Assembly (NCBI GenBank): GCA_021799495.1
Contig: JAJZAI010000008.1
Span: 21,389 to 85,388 of the forward strand
Direction of reading: 5' to 3'
Length of the DNA: 64,000 bases
Source: Deltaproteobacteria bacterium
GTDB taxonomy: Bacteria > Desulfobacterota > Binatia > Binatales > Binataceae
Shown one piece after another: positions 28,189 through 38,244 of the stretch. Each line of letters begins with the position of its first letter. The first letter of the stretch is position 1. Position numbers and translations under genes: made by a program. Under the pieces are notes generated by a model, which saw only the letters and a list, made by a program, of their open reading frames with translations, was not told where the DNA came from and did no database searches.

Positions 28189-28269
28189 CGGCAAGATTTT
28201 TATCCGGGTTCGGCAAACTACTCAATCAGACACTGATCTCGTGTCCGCTGCCATAGCCGAACGCTCAAC

Positions 28270-30000
28270 TCAATTGCAGCGAATGATCACTACTGAGTCG
28301 CCCGGCAGCACGAGCGATCGATCCACAACCGTTACGCCAGGTTCCGAGGCCAGAATCAGGCGGCCAGCGAACGGAAGCGGAACGGATTGCGCGGCCGGCG
28401 CGAGATTGCAGACGATAGCGATCGGACCGCGCGAAACGACCAGCCATCGCGCCGCCTCGTCAAAACTCACGTCAACCCGATCGAGCCGGCCGTCGCGCAA
28501 TTCCGGCGTCGCCGCGCGCAACTTGATCAGCGCCCGATACCATTCGAGCATTTCGCGATGAGGTTCGCGATCGAGTTCGCTCCAATCAAGCTTTGAGCGA
28601 ATAAACGTCGCTTCGGCTTCCGGGTCGGGAACTTCTTCCGGTTTCCAGCCGAACGCGGCGAATTCGCGCCGCCGGCCCTCGCTGACCGCGCGCGCCAATT
28701 CCGGCTCGGGATGGCCCGCGAAATACTGGAATGGACTCGACGCGGCCCATTCCTCGCCCATGAAGAGCATCGGAATGAACGGCGCGGTCAGCGCCAGCGT
28801 GGCGCCGACTTTCGCCCGCCCAAGGCTCATCAGATGGCTTGCGCGATCGCCGCGCGCCCGGTTTCCGACCTGATCGTGCGTCTGCAAGTAGCCGAGAAAC
28901 TTGGCGCCGTCGAGTCCGGACGGCGGGCGGCCGTGGCGCCGGCCGCGATGGCGCGAGTGGCGCCCGTCATAGACCCAGGCGGAACGCAGCGCCTTGGCGA
29001 GGTCCGCCAGCGTTCCGAAATCCTCGTAATAGCCCGCGCGCTCGCCGGTCAGGACGGCGTGGAGCGCGTGATGAAAATCGTCGGACCACTGCGCGTCGAT
29101 GCCGTAGCCGCCGATATCGGTCGGACGGACGATGCGCGGATCGTTCAGGTCGCTCTCGGCGATCAAGGCCAGCCGCCGGCCGGTGGAATTTTCGAGCGCA
29201 TCGACTTCCGACGCGAGCTGTTCGAGAAAATGAATCGCGGACGCGTCGAGGATCGCGTGGACCGCGTCGATCCGCAGGCCGTCGGCGTGATAATCGCGCA
29301 GCCACGCGATCGCGTTGTCGCAGAAGAAGCGGCGCACTTCGTCGCTGCCGCGCCCGTCGAAATTGATCGCGTCGCCCCACGGCGTCGTGTAGCGTCCGGT
29401 CAGGTAGGGGCCGAAGCGCGGCAGATAGTTGCCGCTCGGTCCGAGATGGTTGTAAACCACGTCGATCAGCACGGCGAGGCCGCGCGCGTGGCAGGCGTCG
29501 ATCAGCGATTTGAGCCCGTCGGGTCCGCCGTAGGCATGATGCGGCGCGAAGAGATCGACGCCGTCGTAGCCCCATCCGCGATCGCCCGAAAACTCCGCGA
29601 CCGGCATCAGTTCGACATGCGTGACGCCAAGCGCGACGAGATGGTCCAGACGCGCGATCGCCGCCGCAAACGTCCCTGCCGGGGTGAAGGCTCCGATGTG
29701 CAATTCGTAGATGATCGCGCGGTCGAGCGGCGGCGCGTTCCAGCCGCCGTCGGTCCATCGAAAGGCCGAATGGTCAACGATCCGCGAGGGATCATGCACG
29801 CCGTGCGGTTGAAAGGCGGAACGCGGATCGGGCAGCGGCGGTTCGGCGCCGTCGATAACGAAGGCGTAATCCGCGCCGGAAACCGCGAGCGGCGTGTAGA
29901 TCGACCACCATCCGCCGTCGCCGCGCGCCATCGTGAGCCGGGCGGCGGCGATCGCGAGCGCGAGCGTCGCGGCGTTCGGCGCCCAAACGCGAATCTCCAT
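28270..30000 (-). CDS. treZ: Malto-oligosyltrehalose trehalohydrolase
   Basis: VWAP, YELHIGAFT, WGYDGV, DVVYNHLGP, RIDAVHAI, QWSDDFHH, HDQVGNR and LFMGEEW. Confidence 0.95.
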   Translation of the reverse strand: MEIRVWAPNAATLALAIAAARLTMARGDGGWWSIYTPLAVSGADYAFVIDGAEPPLPDPRSAFQPHGVHDPSRIVDHSAFRWTDGGWNAPPLDRAIIYELHIGAFTPAGTFAAAIARLDHLVALGVTHVELMPVAEFSGDRGWGYDGVDLFAPHHAYGGPDGLKSLIDACHARGLAVLIDVVYNHLGPSGNYLPRFGPYLTGRYTTPWGDAINFDGRGSDEVRRFFCDNAIAWLRDYHADGLRIDAVHAILDASAIHFLEQLASEVDALENSTGRRLALIAESDLNDPRIVRPTDIGGYGIDAQWSDDFHHALHAVLTGERAGYYEDFGTLADLAKALRSAWVYDGRHSRHRGRRHGRPPSGLDGAKFLGYLQTHDQVGNRARGDRASHLMSLGRAKVGATLALTAPFIPMLFMGEEWAASSPFQYFAGHPEPELARAVSEGRRREFAAFGWKPEEVPDPEAEATFIRSKLDWSELDREPHREMLEWYRALIKLRAATPELRDGRLDRVDVSFDEAARWLVVSRGPIAIVCNLAPAAQSVPLPFAGRLILASEPGVTVVDRSLVLPGDSVVIIRCN

Positions 30001-30028
30001 CAAGCGCACCTGCCGAGCGTTCGGGAGT

Positions 30029-32683
30029 TCATGCGCCGTGCGTTTCGCGTTCGAGCAAGGTCACGGGAAATCGCGCCAGCAGCGCCGCGACCGGCGTCGT
30101 TCCGCCGCAATGCGTAACGCCGGTCAATACATCGCGCCAGCGTCCGTCCGGCAGCTCGATTTCGGCGCCATCCCATCGATTATCCAGCCTGAGCGGCCAG
30201 CGCGGCGCCAGCGCGAGCGCCGCGCCGCCGCGCATGAAGGCGATCGCGTGGGCGGCGCGTTCGCCGCGCGCGAAAAGCGGCTGGTATGCGCCCGCCGGGC
30301 CGAACAATTCCGGCCGGCTGAGCCGGAGTTCCAAAGCCTTGCGGATCAACCAGATTTTCGGCAGCCCCTCGTCGCAGCGAGCCAGCGCTTCTTCGGCGGT
30401 CGCGCGCCGCGCCGCCTCGAGCAAGCGCCGGCGCGCGCCGTAATCGACGGGGCGCCGATTGTCGGGATCGACCAGCGTCAAATTCCACAGCTCGCAACCT
30501 TGATAGAAATCCGGCACGCCGGGGGCGGTGAGCTTGATCAGCGTTTGCGCGAGGGAATTGATCCGCCCCGGCCAAACCAGCGGCGCGACGAAACGTTCGA
30601 GGTCGGCGATAAACTCGGCGTTGCCGTAGGCCCCTTCGATAAATCCTTCGAGCGAGCGCTCGTATTCGGGGTTGGGATGGTGCCACGCGGTATGGACCTT
30701 GGCTTCGCGCGCGGCTTTGAGCATGTATTCGCGGGCGCGCTCGAATTCGAGCGGCCATGCGCCGACCATGGTCTGGTAAAAGAGATATTCCGCGTTGGCG
30801 TCGGCGAGGCCGCCGCGCCACCACGGACGGTTCATCTCCGCCCATCCGCGCACGGCGGCCGACCATTGCGCCGGAATTTCGGCGAGCAGCCAGAGCCGGG
30901 CGCGCACGTCCTCGGAACGCTTGGCGTCGTGGGTGGAAGTCGCGAGCATCGCCAGCGGCCAGCGCTCGTGCGCCTCGGCCATCCGGCGATGGAATTCCTC
31001 CAAAGCGATCGCGAACCGGCCGGGGTCGCCGCCGACTTCGTTGAGCGCGACCATCCGGTTGTATCGATAAAAAGCGGTGTCCTCGATCGACTTCGCCATC
31101 ACCGGGCCGGTGAACTGCTGCACGCGCATCGCCAGTTCCGTTTCAAGCGGACCGTTCACGCGGAGCGTCAGGATATCGCCCAAAAATTCAAACAGCCGAC
31201 GATCGATATCAGGCCGGTCGAGCCGCGCGGCTTCGACCGCGGCATGGATGCGGGCGTGATCGTCCGGATGGAGCGGCGCGCCGGCTCTGACGTAGGTGCG
31301 GTACACGTCCAGATGAGCGACGAACGCGCACAGCGCTTCGTGAACGTCGTGGCGAGTGTAGTCGCGGCGGCGCGGATGATGTTCGCAGACTTCAAGGAAC
31401 AGCGCGGTGAGGCGATTGAGATCGCTGCCCAGCACCTCGCGCATCACGAGGTCTTTCTGCTCCAGCGCGATCCGGCTGAAATCGGCGCGCTCGCCGAGCA
31501 AATCGTTGTAGAGCCGGGTCAGCGGACGTTCGCCGGCCGGATCGATCATCACTGCGCCCAGCAGATTCATGAAATCGTAGCCGGTGGTTCCATCTACCGG
31601 CCAGGTTTCGCGCAATTGTTCGCCGGGCTCGAGGATTTTCTCGACGATGATCCACGCATCCGCGCGCGCCTGGCGCATCCGCGCCAGATAATCCTGCGGG
31701 TCGCGCAGGCCGTCGATATGATCGATGCGCACGCCGTCGATCACGCCGCCCGCGAGCCATCGCAGCACGAGCGCGTGCGTATCCCTGAAGACCCGCTCGT
31801 CCTCCATCCGCAGGCCGACGAGGGTATTGATGTCGAAGAAGCGGCGGTAGCCGAGGTCGCGCGACGCCGCGCGCCAGTGGGCCAGCCGGTAATTCTGCCG
31901 TTCGAGCAGCGCATGCAGCGCGCCGGGGTCGCGGTTGATGTCCGCGACAGCCTGATCGAGCGCGGGCGCGATGCCTTCGGCCTCGCGAATCAGCCGGGCG
32001 AGCTGCGCGCGCAGCACGTCCTTGTCGCGATGGCGCCGCCGGGTGCTCTCGAAATCGGTCGCGGTGGGCAGCGGCAGCCGGCCGAACGAATCGGCGAGGA
32101 ACGCCAGCTCGTCCGAACCGCAGCGCTGCGCGGCCGCCGCGAGGATCGTATCGAGCGAGCGCGGCGCCACCGGGAAGCGATGCTCGTGGTATTTCACGAC
32201 CAGCTCCGCTCCGTCGCGCGCCACCTGAATTTCGCCGGAGTCGAGCACTTCGCCGTACTGGTCGCCGAGCACCGGCAACAGCACGGCGTTGCGCAGGCGC
32301 ATCTCGGGCGTGTCCCAATCGACGTCGAAGTAGGCGGCGTAATTGCTGGCCGGCCCGTTTTCCAGAACGTCCCACCACCATGGATTGTAAGGACTGACTA
32401 TCGCCATGTGATTGGGAACGATGTCGAGCACCTGGCCCAGCCGATGCGCGCGAAGCGCCGCGCACATCCGGGCGTATCCTTCGGCGCCGCCAAGCTCGGA
32501 ATTGACGCGGCTGTGATCGACCACGTCGTATCCGTGGGCGCTGCCGGGCGAAGCCTGCAGCAGGGGCGAACAATAGACGTGGCTGATGCCGAGCTCGGCC
32601 AGATAGCCGGCGAGCCGCGCGGCGTCGTCGAAGGCGAAGCCCCGATGGAATTGCAGGCGATAGGCAGCGCGAGGTTCTACCAT
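30029..32683 (-). CDS. treY: Malto-oligosyltrehalose synthase
   Basis: YRLQF, HGYDVVD, DIVPNHM, YRRFFDI, RIDHIDGL, QQFTGPVMAK, LNEVGG, STHDAKRSED and PGVPDFYQG. Confidence 0.96.
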   Translation of the reverse strand: MVEPRAAYRLQFHRGFAFDDAARLAGYLAELGISHVYCSPLLQASPGSAHGYDVVDHSRVNSELGGAEGYARMCAALRAHRLGQVLDIVPNHMAIVSPYNPWWWDVLENGPASNYAAYFDVDWDTPEMRLRNAVLLPVLGDQYGEVLDSGEIQVARDGAELVVKYHEHRFPVAPRSLDTILAAAAQRCGSDELAFLADSFGRLPLPTATDFESTRRRHRDKDVLRAQLARLIREAEGIAPALDQAVADINRDPGALHALLERQNYRLAHWRAASRDLGYRRFFDINTLVGLRMEDERVFRDTHALVLRWLAGGVIDGVRIDHIDGLRDPQDYLARMRQARADAWIIVEKILEPGEQLRETWPVDGTTGYDFMNLLGAVMIDPAGERPLTRLYNDLLGERADFSRIALEQKDLVMREVLGSDLNRLTALFLEVCEHHPRRRDYTRHDVHEALCAFVAHLDVYRTYVRAGAPLHPDDHARIHAAVEAARLDRPDIDRRLFEFLGDILTLRVNGPLETELAMRVQQFTGPVMAKSIEDTAFYRYNRMVALNEVGGDPGRFAIALEEFHRRMAEAHERWPLAMLATSTHDAKRSEDVRARLWLLAEIPAQWSAAVRGWAEMNRPWWRGGLADANAEYLFYQTMVGAWPLEFERAREYMLKAAREAKVHTAWHHPNPEYERSLEGFIEGAYGNAEFIADLERFVAPLVWPGRINSLAQTLIKLTAPGVPDFYQGCELWNLTLVDPDNRRPVDYGARRRLLEAARRATAEEALARCDEGLPKIWLIRKALELRLSRPELFGPAGAYQPLFARGERAAHAIAFMRGGAALALAPRWPLRLDNRWDGAEIELPDGRWRDVLTGVTHCGGTTPVAALLARFPVTLLERETHGA

Positions 32684-32699
32684 CCGGCATCTTGACGCG

Positions 32700-34916
32700 C
32701 TAGTCGCGTGGCAGCTCGATCCAGAGCGCCGCGAGCGGCGGCAACGTGAGTTCGAGCGAATGATTGAGGCCGTGATGAGGGATCGAGTCAGTCCGCAAAA
32801 CGCCGCCGTTGCCGATATTGCTCCCGCCGAAAAATTCCGAATCGGTATTCAGTATTTCGCGGCATTCGCCGGCTGACGGCGCGCCGACGCGATAGCCGCG
32901 GCGCACCACCGGCGCGAAATTGCATACGCAGAGCATTCTGCGTCGGCTCGCCGGCGCGACCCGGATGAATGCGATTACGTTGTCGTCGGCGTTGTCGGCA
33001 TCGACGAAGTGGAATCCCTCCGGATCGGCGTCGGCCTCCCAGAGCGCCGGCTCGGCGCGGTAGATGCGATTCAATTCGCGCACCAAGCTTTGCAGCTGGC
33101 GATGCTCCGGTTGTTCGAGCAGATTCCAGTCGAGGCTTTCATCATGGTTCCATTCGCGCCACTGGCCGAACTCGCCGCCCATGAAGAGCATTTTCTTGCC
33201 CGGCCGCGCCCACATATAGGCGTATAGCGCGCGCAGATTGGCGAACTGCCGCCAGCGATCGCCCGGCATCTTCGAGAGCATCGAGCGCTTGCCGTGCACG
33301 ACCTCGTCGTGCGACAGCGGCAGGATGAAGTTTTCGGTCCACGCGTAGAGGAAGCCGAAAGTGACGTCGCGATGATGATAGCGGCGGTAGATCGGATCTT
33401 TCGTGAAATAATCGAGCGTATCGTGCATCCAGCCCATGTCCCACTTGAAGCCGAAGCCGAGACCGCCCAGATAGGCCGGCCGGCTCACCGCGGGCCAGTC
33501 CGTCGATTCTTCGGCGATCATCATGACGCCCGGATGGTTCGCGTAAACCGTTTCGTTGAGCGCCTTGATGAAATCGATCGCCTCGAGATTCTCGCGCCCG
33601 CCATACTCATTGGGTATCCATTCGCCGTTGCGCCGCGCGTAGTCGAGATAGAGCATCGAGGCGACCGCGTCAACGCGCAGGCCGTCCGCATGGTATTCGC
33701 GCAGCCAGTAGAGCGCGCTCGCGATCAGGAAATTGCGCACCTCGTTGCGCCCGAAGTTGAAAATGTAGGTGTCCCATTCGGGATGGAACCCCTTGCGCGT
33801 GTCCAGATGCTCGTACAGCGCGGTGCCGTCGAAGCGCCCGAGCGCGAACGCGTCGGCGGGAAAATGCGCTGGCACCCAATCGAGAATGACCCCGACGCCG
33901 CGCTGGTGAAGATGATCGACCAGATACTTGAAATCGTCCGGATCGCCCCACCGCGCGCTGGGCGCGAAATATCCGGTGACCTGATAGCCCCACGAACCGG
34001 CGAACGGATGCTCCATCACGGGCATCAATTCCACGTGCGTGAATCCCATGTCGATCGCGTAATCCGCGAGCATCGGCGCGATTTCGCGATAGGTGAGCTG
34101 GCGATGGCCCTCCTCCGGCACGCGCCGCCATGAACCCAGGTGAACTTCATAGATCGACAGCGGCGATCGGACCGCGTCGCGCCCGGCGCGCGAATCCGTC
34201 CACTCGCGATCGGCAAATTCATAGGAAGACTGATGGACGATCGAAGCCGTCGCCGGTGGAACTTCCGCCGCGAAGGCGAAAGGATCGGCCTTCAGCGTAA
34301 GGTTCCCGCTCCACGTGCGCAGCTCGAACTTGTAGCGGGCGGCGGGCTCCAATCCGGGAATGAACAGCTCCCACACGCCCGACGATCCCAGCTCGCGCAT
34401 CATGTGCGTCCGGCCGTCCCATTCGTTGAAATCGCCGACCACGCTTACGCCGCGGGCGTTCGGCGCCCATACCGCGAAAGCGACGCCGGCGACGCCTTCG
34501 AGCGTGAGCGGATGCGCGCCGAGTTTCTCAAAAACGCGCTGATGCCGGCCCTCGTTCCACAGATGCAGATCGAGATCGCCGATCGTCGGCAGGAAGGCGT
34601 ACGGATCGCGCACCGTCACGACGTCGCTTTCTGCATACTGAATCCGCAGTTCGTACGGAAAAACCGCGACGCGGTCGGCGATCAGCACTTCGAACAATCC
34701 CGTATCGCCGATTCTGCCCATGCGCCACGGATGCGCCTCGCCGGCAATCACCGAAACATGCCGCGCGCCCGGACGATAGGCGCGAATCACGACGCCCGCC
34801 GGCGTCGGATGCGCGCCGAGTATCGCGTGCGGGTTCGGATGCCGCAGCGAAAAGAGCCGCTCCAGCTCTTCTTCGGCGATCGCTCCCGCTTCGATCTTTC
34901 CAGCTTCAGACCGCAT
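32700..34916 (-). CDS. glgB: 1,4-alpha-glucan branching enzyme
   Basis: FAVWAPNA, YEVHLGSW, SWGYQ, DWVPAHFP, RVDAVASMLY, AEEST and SHDEVVHGK. Confidence 0.97.
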   Translation of the reverse strand: MRSEAGKIEAGAIAEEELERLFSLRHPNPHAILGAHPTPAGVVIRAYRPGARHVSVIAGEAHPWRMGRIGDTGLFEVLIADRVAVFPYELRIQYAESDVVTVRDPYAFLPTIGDLDLHLWNEGRHQRVFEKLGAHPLTLEGVAGVAFAVWAPNARGVSVVGDFNEWDGRTHMMRELGSSGVWELFIPGLEPAARYKFELRTWSGNLTLKADPFAFAAEVPPATASIVHQSSYEFADREWTDSRAGRDAVRSPLSIYEVHLGSWRRVPEEGHRQLTYREIAPMLADYAIDMGFTHVELMPVMEHPFAGSWGYQVTGYFAPSARWGDPDDFKYLVDHLHQRGVGVILDWVPAHFPADAFALGRFDGTALYEHLDTRKGFHPEWDTYIFNFGRNEVRNFLIASALYWLREYHADGLRVDAVASMLYLDYARRNGEWIPNEYGGRENLEAIDFIKALNETVYANHPGVMMIAEESTDWPAVSRPAYLGGLGFGFKWDMGWMHDTLDYFTKDPIYRRYHHRDVTFGFLYAWTENFILPLSHDEVVHGKRSMLSKMPGDRWRQFANLRALYAYMWARPGKKMLFMGGEFGQWREWNHDESLDWNLLEQPEHRQLQSLVRELNRIYRAEPALWEADADPEGFHFVDADNADDNVIAFIRVAPASRRRMLCVCNFAPVVRRGYRVGAPSAGECREILNTDSEFFGGSNIGNGGVLRTDSIPHHGLNHSLELTLPPLAALWIELPRD

Positions 34917-34923
34917 CAGCCAA

Positions 34924-37900
34924 TCAAGCTCCGATTATCCGTTCGATCGCACCCAGCGGAATGTCCGTCCAGTCGGGACGATTGTTAAGTTCGTATCCGA
35001 GTTCGTAGAGCGCCTTTTCCAGCACGAAAGCGTCGAGCGTCACGCGCAGTTCGGCCGGATCGGCGGGCAGGAATCGCGCGCCCGCCGCGCGCTCCAGATA
35101 TGCATGCAGCAACGCCCACGAGGCCCAGTTCGACCACATCCGCGCCCACGGCTCCATCGTGGCGAAATCCCGCCTGCCGAACGCGCCCGCGCCGATTCCC
35201 TCGATCAGCGCGCTCGACGCGGCGTAGTCGAACGAGCGCAACATCCCGGCCACGTCGCGAATCGCGAGCCGCTTGCGGCGGCGTTCCTCCAGCGACCGCG
35301 CGGGCTCGCCCTCGAAATCAATGATCATGAAATCGCCGCGAGCCTGCAGGACCTGCCCGAGATGAAGGTCGCCGTGGCCGCGTATCCGCGCGGCCGAGAT
35401 GCGCAGTCTGAGAAACGAACTGAAGCGGGCGAGCACGCTCTCGGGATTCGCCGTGAGCCGCCGCAGCCGGCGCGCCGTATCAGGGTTGAGCGCCGCTTCG
35501 CGGCCGCGCGCCAGCCGGTTCGCGAGGCCGGCCGTGTTGCGCATCGACTGATATTCCGAACGCTGCCAGAACGGTGAATAGGGCTCCGGCGCGAACGCGG
35601 CGTCGTCTCCGGAGCCGAGCGCAAGATGCATCTCGGCGACCCGCCGGCCGAGCAATCGCGCGGCGTCCAGATACGCGCCGATCATGCGCGAAACTTCGGC
35701 GTCCGGCCCGGCAGTATCGAGCGGATCGAAGTCCTGGCCCGCCGGAATTTCGCCGCGCGCCGCGGCGCGCTCGAAATATCGCGCCAGCTCGTGCCGCGTG
35801 AATTCCCACGCGTCGCCCTGATTCGGGACGTATCGGTGCATGACGCCGACCGTGCAGGCTCCGCCGCGGAAGTCGCGATATTCGATCCATCCGGCCATGG
35901 GCGGCGTATGTCTGAAATCGCCGCGCCCGGCCAGAAAGCGGCCAACTTCCACTTCGGGGCTGATTCCCGGCTCGGCTTTGCGGTAAAGCTTGAACAGAAA
36001 CTCTTCGCCGAAGGCGAGCGAGGAGTTGGTTTGCTCGGCCCTGAGCAGGCGCGCCTCGGGAATCTTCGGCGCGCATCCGGCGAACATTTCCGCCGCCGTG
36101 TGCGCGCCCAGCAGTTCGCCTTTGCGGCCGCGAATCCTGCGCCGCCGCCGCATGAGATCGTAAATCGCGCGCGCGAACGCCGGGTCGGCCGCCGCGTCGA
36201 AAACGATCCGCCGCTCGTCGCGATCGCTCCCGCCAGGCCCGATTTCCGCGATTACCGGCGGCGCCGGACGCGCGCCATTGCGCTCGTAACGGCCGCGCTC
36301 CGCCACGCCCAGCGGAATGACATAGGTTTCAGGCTCGCCGTTCGTGAGTTCCGCCTCCACCAGCGCGAAAAACGCCTCCGGCCGTTCGTCGGTCAGCGGC
36401 ACGGCTTCGACGATTCTGGCGCTCTTCATTCCGCCCGCTTTCGCCCGGAACCATCGGCGCCCGGACATGTAGTTCGGCAACACGCGCTCGAGCCGTTCGC
36501 GCTCCTCGCCAAGCATGAAGCGCTCCCAGCTTTCGCCGATTTCCACCGCCGGCAAATCGTCGCCGGCGGCAAAGCTGGCGGGCTGTCCGCCGGGAGCTTC
36601 GAGCGAAAACCAGTCGAACATATGCGGCCCGAGCGTCAGCAGGTACGGCCGCTCGCCGATCGGCGGAAACCTGGTGCGGCCGAACAATTCGACCGGCGTC
36701 ATGCCCCTGAATCGCGAGAGATCGATTTCGACGTACTGGACGAAACGCGACAGGTTGGCGACCACCAGAATGCGTTCGTCGTTCCACGACCGGATAAAAA
36801 CCAGCACGCGCGGATTTTCGGGATTGAGAAAATCGATCGCGCCGCGGCTGAAGGCTTTGTGCTGTTTGCGCAGCGCGATCAACCGGCGCATCCACCAGAG
36901 CAGCGAATGGCGATTGCGGTCCTGCGCGGCGACGTTGATCGTCTGATAGTGATATTCGTGATCGATTATCACCGGCAGTATCAGCCGCTGCGGATCGGCG
37001 GTCGAAAATCCGGCGTTCAAATCGGCGCTCCACTGCATCGGCGTCCTCACGCCGTCGCGGTCGCCCAGATAGATATTGTCGCCCATTCCGATTTCGTCGC
37101 CGTAGTAGATGACCGGCGCGCCCGGAAGCGAAAACAACAATCCGTTGACCAGCTCGATCGAGCGCCGATTGTTGCCCAACAGCGGCGCCAGCCGCCGCCT
37201 GATTCCCAGATTGATGCGCATCCGCGCTTCATGGGCGTACGCGCGGAACATATAGTCGCGCTCTTCGGCGCTGACCATTTCCAGCGTCAGTTCGTCGTGA
37301 TTGCGCAGGAACAGCGCCCACTGGCAACTGTCGTCGATCGGCGGCGTTTGCGACCAGATATCGACGATCGGAAACCGGTCTTCCATCCGCACCGCGATGA
37401 AGATCCGCGGCATCAGCGGAAAATGAAACGCCATGTGGCATTCCTTGCCTTCGGCAAGATAGGTCACTGCGTCCTCAGGCCACTGATTCGCCTCCGCGAG
37501 CAGCATCCGATCCTGATATTTCCGATCGGCGTGCGCGCGCAGCTCGCGCAGGAAGGCGTGGGTTTCCGGCAGGTTCTCGCAATTGGTGTTTTCGCGTTCG
37601 AAAAGATACGGAACGGCGTCGAGCCGCAGCCCGTCCACGCCCATCCCGAGCCAGAAATCGAGCACGCGGATCACTTCGCGCCGCACCGCGGGATTGTCGA
37701 AATTCAGATCCGGCTGATGCCAGTAAAAGCGATGCCAGTAGTAGGATTTCGCGACCGTGTCCCAGGTCCAGTTCGACGGCTCGAAATCCTGAAAGATGAT
37801 GCGCGCGTCGCGGAACTTGTCCGCCGAATCGCTCCAGACGTAATAGTCGCGCAGCCTGTCGCCTTTGGGCGCGCGCCGCGCGCGCTGAAACCACGGATGC

Positions 37901-38244
37901 TGGTCGGAAGTATGGTTGATGACCAGTTCGGTCACCACGCGCAGGCCGCGCCGATGGGCCTCGCGCAGCAGCACTTTGAAATCCGCCAGCGAGCCGCAAT
38001 CCGGATGCGTGCTCATGTAGTCCGAGATGTCGTAGCCGTCGTCGCGCAGCGGCGACGGATAAAACGGCAGCATCCAGATCGTGGTGACGCCGAGATCGAC
38101 CAGATAGTCGAGTTTTGCGGCGAGTCCCGCGAAATCTCCTATGCCGTCGCCCGAACTGTCGAAAAACGACCGCACGCGCACTTCATAGAAGATGCCGTCC
38201 TTGTACCAGAGCGGATCGCCCGGCAGAATCGCGCGCTGTTTCAT
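34924..38244 (-). CDS. treS: Trehalose synthase fused to maltokinase (TreS-Mak/Pep2)
   Basis: WYKD, NHTSDQHPWF, RLDAVPYL, EANQWP and RNHDELTLE; C-terminal AEQTNSS, HGDLHLGQVL, IDFEGEP and RDVAGMLRSF. Start 38244 overlaps the glgE stop. Confidence 0.95.
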   Translation of the reverse strand: MKQRAILPGDPLWYKDGIFYEVRVRSFFDSSGDGIGDFAGLAAKLDYLVDLGVTTIWMLPFYPSPLRDDGYDISDYMSTHPDCGSLADFKVLLREAHRRGLRVVTELVINHTSDQHPWFQRARRAPKGDRLRDYYVWSDSADKFRDARIIFQDFEPSNWTWDTVAKSYYWHRFYWHQPDLNFDNPAVRREVIRVLDFWLGMGVDGLRLDAVPYLFERENTNCENLPETHAFLRELRAHADRKYQDRMLLAEANQWPEDAVTYLAEGKECHMAFHFPLMPRIFIAVRMEDRFPIVDIWSQTPPIDDSCQWALFLRNHDELTLEMVSAEERDYMFRAYAHEARMRINLGIRRRLAPLLGNNRRSIELVNGLLFSLPGAPVIYYGDEIGMGDNIYLGDRDGVRTPMQWSADLNAGFSTADPQRLILPVIIDHEYHYQTINVAAQDRNRHSLLWWMRRLIALRKQHKAFSRGAIDFLNPENPRVLVFIRSWNDERILVVANLSRFVQYVEIDLSRFRGMTPVELFGRTRFPPIGERPYLLTLGPHMFDWFSLEAPGGQPASFAAGDDLPAVEIGESWERFMLGEERERLERVLPNYMSGRRWFRAKAGGMKSARIVEAVPLTDERPEAFFALVEAELTNGEPETYVIPLGVAERGRYERNGARPAPPVIAEIGPGGSDRDERRIVFDAAADPAFARAIYDLMRRRRRIRGRKGELLGAHTAAEMFAGCAPKIPEARLLRAEQTNSSLAFGEEFLFKLYRKAEPGISPEVEVGRFLAGRGDFRHTPPMAGWIEYRDFRGGACTVGVMHRYVPNQGDAWEFTRHELARYFERAAARGEIPAGQDFDPLDTAGPDAEVSRMIGAYLDAARLLGRRVAEMHLALGSGDDAAFAPEPYSPFWQRSEYQSMRNTAGLANRLARGREAALNPDTARRLRRLTANPESVLARFSSFLRLRISAARIRGHGDLHLGQVLQARGDFMIIDFEGEPARSLEERRRKRLAIRDVAGMLRSFDYAASSALIEGIGAGAFGRRDFATMEPWARMWSNWASWALLHAYLERAAGARFLPADPAELRVTLDAFVLEKALYELGYELNNRPDWTDIPLGAIERIIGA

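Noticed and set aside
29933-32695. 920-aa plus-strand ORF (also 104-2041, 4214-5635, 35626-38304, 52366-54774 and similar)
   Set aside because: Antisense shadows of well-supported genes. High GC suppresses stop codons, and the translations are Arg/Ala-rich with no recognisable motifs.
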